Of a stretch of DNA of 64,000 nucleotides, positions 34,401-41,310 are shown piece by piece; positions within the stretch are counted from its first letter, which is position 1, and every line of letters starts with the position of its first letter. The DNA is from Lingula anatina (taxonomy: Eukaryota > Animalia > Brachiopoda): the NCBI GenBank assembly GCA_051362555.1, contig CM120646.1:22568001-22632000 (forward strand), in the 5' to 3' direction. Below the pieces are notes generated by a model that had not been told where the DNA came from, searched no databases, and saw nothing but the letters and a program-made list of their open reading frames with translations. A program made the position numbers and the translations under genes.

Positions 34401-37169
34401 ATTTCACTTTTTAGCTGCTACTCGTTCAGATTCAAGGGCTTTCCAGATGGTTGTTCTCATAATGTTCACAGAATGATGTTTTTCCTTGTTCTGAACCAAG
34501 AGAAAGGACCATCTGGAACAGCCTCTCCCATCCCTGGATAACCTGGTGACCTACTAACCTTGATGTTTGCTTATTTCCTTATTTCAGCTGATCATTTTGT
34601 TTTTAGTTATGCATACTGTACCGGGGACCACATGTACCTTTATAGGGAAACATTTCAAGTTTGGCGTGTCTTTGTCTTCTTTGTATTTTTCATCTCAGAA
34701 TTTCCCTCTCTGCATCCAAAATACCTGGCTTTGGTATAATATTTTATTTAGTGCTTATAGAGAATAAGTATTTAAGAGCCAAATGAATTTAAGAAGTTAT
34801 TGCCTCAAAATTATTAAATAAATAATGTGATTTAATACTCAAAATAAAGTCAAATTTTAACCAGTATATGTCTCAGGACAGTTCAGTATGTCTCAGGACA
34901 GTTCAAAATACATAGAACATCCCTAATATGACAAAGGAAGAATATTTGAAATGCTTCCCTACAGAAAATTAATTTGTAAGGTGTTGTAGGTAACTTCTTG
35001 CAATACCTGCACAACTCTTTTGACCATGCATGTTTACTGTATGTTTTGATTGAATTTTTTATTCATGATTTTTCTAACCTGCCAATCATACATCCCCTCC
35101 CCTCATCCACCTAAATCATTCTTGATGATGATTTCCTTTAGGTTATCCATCCCTTGGCGTAGTGGTCCTTTGTAGTAGTTAGAAATCTGACCTATTTTTT
35201 GTATGGAAATCTAGGTCATTGGGCTTGTAGATCATCCTGTTAGTTTTTTTGTTTGTCCATGTGTGTTTTAGGGTTGAAGCCCGTAGCATACATGACTCTC
35301 ATCGGAGATACTCTCCACAATACTGTAGATGGCATTGCCATCGGGGCTGCCTTTACGTCTGGTATCGCTTCTGGGATATCAACAGCCATCGCTGTGTTTT
35401 GTCATGAGTTGCCGCATGAGTTTGGTAAGAGGTTCACAAAGAGATATAGATGTAAAACTTAGTATTTCTGTTAGAGCATGTTTAATTTAGTTGATTAGTA
35501 TGTGTACTAAAAATAACCTTCACTTCCTTGAGTATTGCATGTTGATGCCCCCCCTGTAGAATTTTATTACCATTATTTAATTTAGAACTTGCATGATTTT
35601 ATACTCCCCAGTTGAAATTCTCAAAATGTTTTAATCCCTAGAGCATTTCTTAGTTTGTGTTCCTGTAGAAGTTAATCCTCACTATTATTTCTATCAAAAT
35701 AACAAATTAAATGATCCTTTTTCTTCCCTATTACCCTACAAACTTCATATATACAGATTTCTTACATATTTAAACTTGCACACCTTCATATTTTATCAGT
35801 CAAGTTGAACACCATTTTTTAAAATAATTTTATAGCCAAGAGATGTTTTCTTGTTAACTGTTCTGGAAGTGGACTACTACTGTCATACTGATTTCAAGTT
35901 TTTGCTGTGATTAATTTACTGTCTCTGTTAATTAACAAGATATCATTTACATTTTGTTACATGCACTCCATTATTATTTTTGTGGTTAGCTTATACATTT
36001 AATCAAACTATAAACTTAAGATTGTTTTTTTTATTTCCGGTTATTGTTTGTACACTTTTGTCTCACTTCCGTTGAATTTATTTTAAATCCATAAAAAATA
36101 ATACTCCTTAACACATAACACTTAGCACAATTACACATATTTTGAACTATGAAAATATGATTAAAATATGAAAGCTAAACAAGTTGTTAGGACATCTATG
36201 AATGTTATAAGAAATTGAAAATTTTCTGTATGCTTGTCCAATATAAATATTATCAACCTTAGCTGACATCTTGTTAACAAGTCGAAAAAAAAATTCAATT
36301 TTATTTTGATAAATGGAAATGCATGTCTATATAATTCTGGTCAATCTGTGGCAAATAAAATATATACCAGTAGTTAGAAATTAAGACCTGTCCTTAAGTA
36401 TAATGTTTTTTCTCACTTTAGGTGATTTTGCCATCCTCCTGACTGGGGGTTTCAACTTCAAGCAAGCAGTTCTGTGCAATTTTCTCTCAGCTCTGGCCTC
36501 TTTCATTGGCCTCTTTATCGGTATCGCCATAGCGATAGATGGTGCCACAAGATCTTGGATCTTTGCCATCACAGCCGGGATGTTCCTGTACATCTCCTTG
36601 GTTGACATGGTAATAGAAATTACTTCTTTTTTTTTTTTGCTTCTGTCAGTTGTTTGTTTATCAGATTTGATTAATTTATCTGTAGAACTATTCAATGGTG
36701 TATGTTATGCTACTGATTTGGTGGAACCTTTGTATTTTGTTCAATACCACCACAAATGTCAGTTATCAGGAAAAATAGAATCGGTAAATATTAGATCTAA
36801 GGAAAAGGTCGTCATCATGAAAGCATTCCTAACTTTGTGTTTTGCACAAGATGCATTGTGACATTTATAAATTAGCTTTTATTTAATGTGAGTAAATGCC
36901 CTGTATCCTCTGCATATTTCTGTCAGACCAACAGAAATCCCTGCAAAGAAATTTAAGCAGACTGAAATGATGACTCAGGCAAGACATAATCATGAACTGA
37001 AGCCTGTCTTTCAAATTATTTTTCTTTAATTTCCCAGCTTCCTGAACTGATCAACATGAAAGCCCCTGGCAACAAGTGCATCAGTTTCCTGCTGCAGAAC
37101 CTGGGGATTTTGTTTGGCTTTGGCACCATGCTCTGTCTCTCCGTCTTTGAAGACTACATACAAGTATAG
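1..37169 (+). CDS. SLC39A12: LIV-1 subfamily ZIP zinc/metal transporter (SLC39A12/ZIP4-like), 5'-partial, multi-exon: <1-77, 1484-1663, 2096-2212, 2640-2754, 25455-25577, 25860-26086, 26421-26598, 27130-27299, 28078-28189, 30573-30631, 31104-31127, 31511-31648, (32186-32212), 33294-33474, [34152-34304 or 35272-35424], 36422-36609, 37038-37169
   Basis: All exons have AG/GT boundaries with compatible phases and splice into one open frame. It contains CPALIQQ (PAL motif), [17 protein letters not shown] (TM2), a His-rich loop (HNHSH), GDTxHNxxDG (TM4), HELPHExGDF (TM5), [16 protein letters not shown] (TM7) and QNLGILFGF (TM8), ending at TAG 37167-37169. The repeated ectodomain modules resemble ZIP12/ZIP4; orthology is not certain. 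Confidence 0.9.
1484..1663 (+). CDS. ZIP ectodomain exon ([38 protein letters not shown])
   Basis: tag|TGT acceptor, AAG|gtataa donor, 180 nt; ZIP12-like helical module. Confidence 0.85.
2096..2212 (+). CDS. ZIP ectodomain exon ([39 protein letters not shown])
   Basis: ttcag| acceptor, |gtaatc donor, 117 nt, phase 0-0, open frame. Confidence 0.8.
2640..2754 (+). CDS. ZIP ectodomain exon ([38 protein letters not shown])
   Basis: cctag| acceptor, G|gtgagt donor, phase 0-1; second ectodomain module. Confidence 0.85.
2798..2944. mobile_element. Short dispersed MITE-like repeat (CAGG..CCTG ends); related copy at 51045-51212
   Basis: ggatccagagatc..tctgacagtcttccaaa..atccatcctcca..aaaatctgaccgtc..acccctg is shared with the 51045-51212 copy. 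Confidence 0.55.
3567..5935. mobile_element. Non-autonomous TIR DNA transposon with TA target duplication (Tc1/mariner-type ends) carrying an internal tandem array
   Basis: Perfect 25-bp TIR CGGTAAAGTCTTGAAAATTTCGTCG at 3567-3591 and its reverse complement at 5911-5935, TA on both sides, subterminal TTGAAAATTTCGTC repeats, no transposase ORF. Confidence 0.85.
4134..5450. repeat. ~275-bp tandem repeat (about 4.5 units) built from GGGAGATCGTTCGCGAT subrepeats
   Basis: Near-identical units at about 4491-4768, 4769-5041 and 5042-5300, with diverged or partial units on either side. Confidence 0.9.
6633..8204 (-). CDS. Type II membrane GT-B fucosyltransferase-like protein (NodZ/FUT8/GT23-GT37-like motifs), paralog 1, 523 aa, single coding exon
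   Basis: N-terminal TM ([21 protein letters not shown]), disordered stem, [15 protein letters not shown] (motif I), LFVSTD (motif II), [18 protein letters not shown] (motif III). Confidence 0.8.
   Translation of the reverse strand: MSEVQQKGHIQKYKQCFLFLLFLSCIGILASYVSYLCGMSLSTRNPLSFQAALTASKRTKLLGNQNSLRDATGMGRLNVKNDPSTQGSQEKLGESGKDKTGKKIIKKIQMKRMDTKHRRYDDNSSFNSKQGKQGDSEHDEHQTTTAIIRQTITFPLKQDNKRHSSQTQISRSGSNVMLDVKRRDCSKTKCQYAIWQCHHHCMGWGDRLRGIISVYAFAILTGREYRISHTFPCNLKKFFHGNKTPWDKEDITAKHATTRDIKLFGFKLTFQNWVLQSSNLSETFPEDIITFRTNDDIIPYLRFNKNFTKTIEKAFNMPIEDFHYVTLFRRLFHELFSPNKRFQKKFQKYYHLLKPSNDSTLVCAQIRLEFIKVSGMKNVFKFLQETIKRVGKSKLFVSTDAEDVRTAAKMLFPDQLVDIEGPLSHVDEPKAGCRDMEKALTDFLMLSKCDILIHSPSGFSQQAAMLKYPYKDVYQISRAGIIRKLTIPIFKLEKQYVQLGPLEGKLPLSLPSKYIKNPQKYFT
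8563..8670. repeat. G-rich (GGGGT/GGGGA)n tract
   Basis: About 18 runs of 3-5 G; potential G-quadruplex. Confidence 0.85.
9412..11100 (-). CDS. Type II membrane fucosyltransferase-like protein, paralog 2, 562 aa, single coding exon
   Basis: Same TM and motifs as paralog 1; intact ORF; catalytic domain nearly identical to paralog 3. Confidence 0.8.
   Translation of the reverse strand: MSETEQTGRIQGYKQCFLFLLFLSCIGILASYVSYLCYLSPSTTNPFSFHAAFTTRKHTVLTSSKIDPTGATSTGSLKVKNNISTQGSQEKLGESGKEENSLKSNTKLEMKAKDTGSFNIKKDTLNKDSLDKLDENGREEKSMKRSEKMQMKRMETGEGHDNSSFEARPETKSAKGHDGHQTTTAKIQQTTAFISKQENKRQANQTQIGRSGRNFTLDVRRRDCSKTKCQYAIWQCQHHCMGWGDRLRGIISVYAFAILTGREYRISHTFPCNLKEFFHGNKTPWDEKVITAEHATKRNIKLFGFLPTFGSWVLQSSNLSETFPEDIITFRTNDDIIPYLRFNKNFTKTIEKAFSMPIDDFHYVTLFRRLFHELFNPNKQFEEKFQKYYQLLKPSNDSTLVCAQIRLQFIKVSGMKNVFKFLQETIKRVGKCKLLVSTDAENVRSAAKTLFPDQLVDIEGPLGHVDKPGSGCRDMEKALTDFLMLSKCDILIHSPSGFGQQAAMLKYPYKDVYQINYAGVITKLTIPIFRLENLYEELGPLGGEQPPSLPSRYIKNPQKYFT
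11814..11866. repeat. (TA)n microsatellite
   Basis: Direct reading. Confidence 0.95.
12244..12464 (-). pseudogene. Internal fragment of a fourth fucosyltransferase-like paralog
   Basis: Encodes [41 protein letters not shown]. It has small in-frame deletions and no TM, start codon or C-terminal motifs. Confidence 0.85.
13071..13208. repeat. 32-bp minisatellite x ~4.3
   Basis: CAACAACCATATTAAATCCATCACATATATTA at 13071, 13103, 13135, 13167; about 2 copies in the paralogous block at 8921-8970. Confidence 0.9.
13718..15397 (-). CDS. Type II membrane fucosyltransferase-like protein, paralog 3, 559 aa, single coding exon
   Basis: Same TM and GWGDRLRG / CAQIR / VSTD / DFLMLSKCD motifs; intact ORF. 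Confidence 0.8.
   Translation of the reverse strand: MLEKEQTGRIQGYKKCFLFLLFLSCIGILTSYVGYLSQSTTNPLSFHAAFTTRKHTVLTSSKIDPTGATSTGSLKVKDNISTQGSQEKLGKSGEEEKNLKSNKKLEMRAKDTGSFNIKMNPLNKDSLDKPDENGREEKSTESSKKMQTKKSETGEGHDNSSFEAHQETQGAKGHDGNQTTTAKIQQTTAFISKQDNKRQANQTQIGRSGRNFTLDVKRRDCSKTKCQYVIWQCHHHCMGWGDRLRGIISVYAFAILTGREYRIAHTFPCNLKEFFHGNKTLWDEKVITAEHATKRNIKLFGFLPTFGSWVLQSSNLSETFPEDIITFRTNNDIIPYLRFNKNFTKTIEKAFSMPIDDFHYVTLFRRLFHELFSPNKQFEEKFQKYYQLLKPSNDSTLVCAQIRLQFIKVSGMKNVFKFLQETIKRVGKSKLLVSTDAENVRSAAKTLFPEQLVDIEGPLGHVDKPGSGCRDMEKALTDFLMLSKCDILIHSPSGFGQQAAMLKYPYKDVYQINYAGVITNLTIPIFKLENLYEELGPLGGEQPPSLPSRYIKNPQKYFT
15600..15827. mobile_element. Foldback MITE with ~47-bp TIRs and a nested ~39-bp inverted repeat
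   Basis: GGCTTCGTTCACATGCAATGTCTATTTTCTAAATTCTATTTTCTATT and its reverse complement at the ends, TTAA on both sides, inner inverted repeat 15683-15775. Confidence 0.9.
17879..17998. repeat. Dispersed repeat, second copy at about 19269-19368
   Basis: gtgcaggc..agccagcaattt..aaagag..gttcttttt..ctgaaaaa..gtggacc..tacctaga..aaattttacc is shared. Confidence 0.6.
18441..18632. mobile_element. Palindromic MITE (~57-bp imperfect TIRs); half-copy at about 46005-46100
   Basis: ttcacatcgagaagagc..ggtctagcaaggc..gagacctaaatatggcggac pairs with gtccgccatatttaggtctc..gccttgctagacc..gctcttctcgatgtgaa. Confidence 0.8.
20392..20441. repeat. (CA)n microsatellite preceded by (CT)n
   Basis: Direct reading. 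Confidence 0.9.
20702..20881. mobile_element. MITE with ~23-bp imperfect TIRs (AGGCCACATTCAGAACAGTGGACT)
   Basis: The right end agtccactgttctgaatgcgacct is the imperfect reverse complement; TA flanks; termini resemble those of the 15600 MITE. Confidence 0.7.
25455..25577 (+). CDS. ZIP exon ([41 protein letters not shown])
   Basis: ccag| acceptor, phase 1 matching the donor at 2755; G|gtcagt donor. Confidence 0.8.
25860..26086 (+). CDS. ZIP exon, His-rich linker with RRKKR and RKKR motifs
   Basis: ttcag| acceptor, AAA|gtacgt donor; [32 protein letters not shown]. Confidence 0.85.
26421..26598 (+). CDS. ZIP exon with PAL motif ([22 protein letters not shown])
   Basis: LIV-1 CPALLxQ signature; canonical splice sites. 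Confidence 0.92.
27130..27299 (+). CDS. ZIP exon TM1-TM2
   Basis: [31 protein letters not shown]; CAG|gtaagt donor. Confidence 0.95.
28078..28189 (+). CDS. ZIP exon ([29 protein letters not shown])
   Basis: ccag| acceptor, G|gtaggt donor; His-containing extracellular loop and start of TM3. Confidence 0.88.
28660..30356 (+). mobile_element. Non-autonomous Helentron-like (HINE/DINE-type) element with internal tandem array
   Basis: Subterminal inverted repeat GTACCACCAGC (28664-28674) with a local hairpin partner at 28681-28691 and GCTGGTGGTAC at 30306-30316. Also a GGCTCCGCC microrepeat, a TTTGACC..GGTCAAA palindrome, a 3' hairpin GAGGCG-GTAT-CGCCTC and a CTAGTTTT end. Confidence 0.75.
29460..30055. 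repeat. ~146-bp tandem repeat x ~4 inside the Helentron-like element
   Basis: Recurring GCAGAGATACACCCATAGTTACT..GAACTTGAATAGGAAGTC..TTGACC units. Confidence 0.9.
30573..30631 (+). CDS. ZIP exon TM3 ([20 protein letters not shown])
   Basis: gtag| acceptor, phase 1; AAT|gtaagc donor. Confidence 0.9.
31104..31127 (+). CDS. ZIP 24-nt micro-exon (HSHMGPDK)
   Basis: ttctag| acceptor, AAG|gtgcgt donor; completes the HNHSH motif. Confidence 0.75.
31511..31648 (+). CDS. ZIP cytoplasmic loop exon ([16 protein letters not shown])
   Basis: ttttcag| acceptor, GAG|gtagag donor, 138 nt, phase 0-0. Confidence 0.8.
32186..32212 (+). CDS. Candidate 27-nt micro-exon (GKLKVPSVR)
   Basis: Pyrimidine tract plus gacag| acceptor; |gtaagt donor; in frame. 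Confidence 0.5.
33294..33474 (+). CDS. ZIP cytoplasmic loop exon ([19 protein letters not shown])
   Basis: ctcag| acceptor, A|gtaggt donor, phase 0-1. Confidence 0.85.
34152..34304 (+). CDS. ZIP TM4-TM5 exon, variant A ([38 protein letters not shown])
   Basis: 153 nt, phase 1-1, atag| and |gtaggt sites. Confidence 0.88.
35272..35424 (+). CDS. ZIP TM4-TM5 exon, variant B ([38 protein letters not shown])
   Basis: 153 nt, phase 1-1, ttttag| and |gtaaga sites. Confidence 0.9.
36422..36609 (+). CDS. ZIP exon TM6-TM7 ([19 protein letters not shown])
   Basis: Canonical motif and splice sites. Confidence 0.95.
37038..37169 (+). CDS. ZIP last coding exon TM8 ([32 protein letters not shown])
   Basis: cccag| acceptor; TAG stop at 37167-37169. 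Confidence 0.93.
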   Translation, partial: LPELINMKAPGNKCISFLLQNLGILFGFGTMLCLSVFEDYIQV

Positions 37170-40100
37170 AGTACACAGGTAGATATGTTGAAAATTATTT
37201 CAATAATTAGATATTTTCAATACTATCTTCCAAATGCCCTGTTTCAGAACACTGATGTTGATTGCTTTATCCACTAAATAATATCTAGTATTGTTTTAGA
37301 AATAGTGATTACATTGTATTTGAGAAGTGTTTTATTTTAAGGTAATGTGAAATCACTCTAGGTGTAAGTAATATGCTTAAACTTATTAGTCTTTTGGCGG
37401 ACCCCCACCCCAACCCCACCTCAGCCTGCTCAGGCAAAGATTTTATTATTGATCATTTCAGTTTAAAATGTGTAATTTATTTGTGTGTTTACAGCTTGGC
37501 AGATATAACAGAATGGGGTAGTTTGCTGCTAATATGACACATATTGCCAGTTTGATGAAAATTATACTTCTTTATTTCAGAAAAATCTGCCTAAGAATGA
37601 TTTGCAATTTCAAGACAACACAGAAGAAAGTGGTTTTATTGAATGGAAAATAAGCAAGCAGATGCAATACTAAAATAAACTAAAATATGGATGATTTAAG
37701 AGGCATCAGTGTTAGAAGTGTCTGCAAATTAGATTATTTTTGAATGACATCGTGTTATGTGCCCATTTTAATGTTAAAACATTCCTTTGTTCAAAATACA
37801 TTGAAGTACATATTTTTTTGTGTTTGTTGCAATTGTTCTAAAATTCTTTGCAAACGTTTTCCATACACTGGATGTAAAAGTACTTAGGAATAAACCTCTG
37901 TCTAAGGATCAACTTCAATTCCTATCACATTGTAAGCACTATATTGTTTTGTAGTACTTAATGTAACATAATCATATTTTAAGTTAATTGACTAATGTGG
38001 TGTAAATATGTTGACAAAGGAGTAAAACAACCAAGCACTGCTTGGTTTTCACATAAATAGATAATTTATATATGTATGGTTGATTGCAGATTCCAATTTT
38101 CTGGGATTAAAATGTCATACAATTTGGTGATTGAACTTCAGCTATAAGGAGGGGGGGGGGTGTTTGCGTTGGTAGCTAGCACCTTATGCTTGGCTGTAGA
38201 CTCTAATTTAAAGAATAAGGTGAGATGCATTTAGTTCAAGCACTGTAACAAAGCAGGAGAGAAAGTCCAGTATTTCCAATTAGTAATTTCACCAGTTTCA
38301 AATGTCATTGAGCATATACATTGGGGTATATGCAGAAAGGATCCTCAAATTCTGTGATTGATGAAGAAGTTGTTGTTGACTGTGACGTGAAAAATTGACC
38401 GAGCTCCTACTTGCCATTTCCCATTGGGTTGCCTGTAATTTCTTGATGTCTCGTTTGCCAGCAAGCCGAGTCAGGTTCATGGTGCTCATGACATCATATG
38501 CCATATCCTTATACGTCAGCAAATAATGTACCAGATTGGGTTATAGTGATATCTTGCCAGAGATCCTGTAATCTAGACAATATTTTATTATATCAGTGAA
38601 GATACGATGTGTAAAGTGTGATTTGCATACATTTTTATCATCACTAGTTGCTTGGCAATAATCAGTATCTGTGTTATGAAATTTTAAGTATTGAAATCCA
38701 GCATATTGTTTTAAGACAATAGAAATATTTTTGTGGAAAATTTCACGGTTTTTAAACATGAATGTACACAGTGCTACTGTGCTGCATTTGTTTTGTGAGA
38801 TTTTTACTGGCATTTTTATAAACATTGAAATGTTTTGAGTATCCAAGATGGCCTGGTTAGTTTTTAACCTCTTCAGGCTCTGCAGTGGTTATGCTATAAT
38901 TATTGTTACAACTTTGTATGAGAAATATTAATGATTTTTTAATAATACACTTTAAAATGGAAACATTTTGAGAAATAAACATTTTGGTAAGTAAATTTTA
39001 AACTAAAAGGAGCATTGCAATATGTATAAAAGAGAGAGATATTCAGTTTCTTTTGGTTTACAGATATTTTAACATGTATCATTGTATGGAAGGATTTACA
39101 TGTTAGAACTGATGATGATTTTAACTTGGATTTCATATTGTTTCACAGTGTTGATAGGGTTGTGTGGAGGTATTAAGTGTCAGTGATTGTACCTTGCATT
39201 CCGTGTCTCATTTTATACACTAGTACAAACAATTAAGTACCAGCACATAAAGATGAACGATAATTACTTAATTAATTAAAACTAATTTGATATATACTGT
39301 TTTTCAAAAAAATGTTTTGGTAATATATGTACAAGGGGAGTGAAGTAGTCCAGTCTGTTCACTGGGCTGTTACTGTTACCATAGTGATGTAACCAGTTAC
39401 CATAGTGATATAACCAGTTACCAATGATCTGGCCATCAGAGGTTTAAATGGTCAATTCACTGAGCTGTGTAACCCTGTGGTAGTTAGTTACATCACTGAG
39501 GTAAACAGTCTTACCTTATTTGTAATGTTCTACAAGAGAAAGCATTGTTTAGACAACAATTCATATTTTCAAATGATCTGATAGTTTTTATGAACACATC
39601 TGAAACATTCCAATAAAGAAATCTCTTCTGGATATTTTATTGTAAATATTGAATTGTTCACTTAATTTTGTTAATTAGAAATAAAATCTTAGTTAGCAGC
39701 AAGAGCTGGTTACGATTTCTTGTCTCTGTTTAGGAATTTTGCTGTCTATATTACAACTTTACTGAGTATACAAATACGCTTCTATAAGTGCGTCTCATTA
39801 AATGCATTCCAGTACTGTTGCGTACCTACAAAATCTACTCACTGTTAGATATAGGCTACCTACATATACCAGTGTAAGCAAAGTTTTAAACTGACATTAA
39901 AGATTTTTTGTGTTAAAGATTTTTTTCAATACCACCCAATTAATTGTTCTCATTTTAGGTTGTTAGAAGAGAAACAAATGTAAAAATGCAGGGTTTGGAT
40001 TTTTGACCAAGGATATGGAAGGATATATAAATATCTAATGTGCTATACAATGAATATTTCAATATGAAATTCTAATAAAAAAAAGGTCAATAACAGACAA

Positions 40101-40386
40101 GAAATAAATAATGGGCAATAAATAATTTATTTAATTCTGTCAACAAAGAAAGACTACAACACATCACTTAAATGTGAATGCATTCTATGTACAGTCTACC
40201 TTAAATATATCCCCATACGTAATATGGTTGATAAGACAAGCTTTGGGTTGGAAAGAGATCAATACAATGGACAAAACAACACGAAGATCACAACAAAACC
40301 AAGCTATAAATTATCTAAAAACCTTAAATCCATTAAAATGTTTACTTTTTATAAGCAGACATTGTAGCAGAAGCGTTCTATTAAAA

Positions 40387-41310
40387 ATTGCTCTATTTCA
40401 ATGCAATGCTGAACTGATTTTTTTTGCTCTATTTCATTGCAATGCTAAACTGAATTTTTTGCTCTATTTCAATGCAATGCTGAACTGAATTTTTTTGCTC
40501 TATTTCAATGCAGTACTAAACTGATTTTTTTGCTCTATTTCATTGCAATGCTGAACTGAATTTTTTGCTCTATTTCAATGCAATGCTGAACTGAATTTTT
40601 TTTGCTCTATTTCAATGCAATGCTGAACTGAATTTTTTTGCTCTATTTCAATGCAATGCTGAACTGAATTTTTTTGCTCTATTTCAATGCAGTACTAAAC
40701 TGATTTTTTTGCTCTATTTCATTGCAATGCTGAATTGAATTTTTTGCTCTATTTCAATGCAATGCTGAACTGAATTTTTTGCTCTATTTCAATGCAATGC
40801 TGAACTGATTTTTTTGCTCTATTTCATTGCAATGCTAAACTGAATTTTTTGCTCTATTTCATTGCAATGCTGAACTGAATTTTTTGCTCTATTTCAATGC
40901 AATGCTGAACTGAATTTTTTTTTGCTCTATTTCAATGCAATGCTGAACTGAATTTTTTTGCTCTATTTCATTGCAATGCTAAACTGAATTTTTTGCTCTA
41001 TTTCATTGCAATGCTGAACTGAATTTTTTTTGCTCTATTTCAATGCAATGCTGAACTGAATTTTTTTGCTCTATTTCAATGCAATGCTGAACTGAATTTT
41101 TTGCTCTATTTCAATGCAATGCTGAACTGAATTTTTTTGCTCTATTTCAATGCAGTACTAAACTGATTTTTTTGCTCTATTTCATTGCAATGCTGAATTG
41201 AATTTTTTGCTCTTTTTCAATGCAATGCTGAACTGATTTTTTTGCTCTATTTCATTGCAATGCTAAACTGAATTTTTTGTTCTATTTCAATGCAATGCTA
41301 AACTGAATTT
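40387..41310. repeat. ~35-bp minisatellite (TTTTTTGCTCTATTTCAATGCAATGCTGAACTGAA), about 26 copies
   Basis: Direct reading; units vary mainly in poly-T length. Confidence 0.95.

Noticed and set aside
34567-34767. ORF after a TACTAAC plus acceptor-like site as a third alternative TM4-TM5 exon
   Set aside because: The translation has no similarity to the HNxxDG/HELPHE exon; at most it is a cryptic acceptor.
39138-39160. Iron-responsive element in the ZIP 3' UTR (CAGTGT loop)
   Set aside because: The upper stem has a U-U mismatch and the required bulged C is absent.
40387-41310. 35-bp repeat as a CRISPR array
   Set aside because: The units are head-to-tail with no unique spacers.
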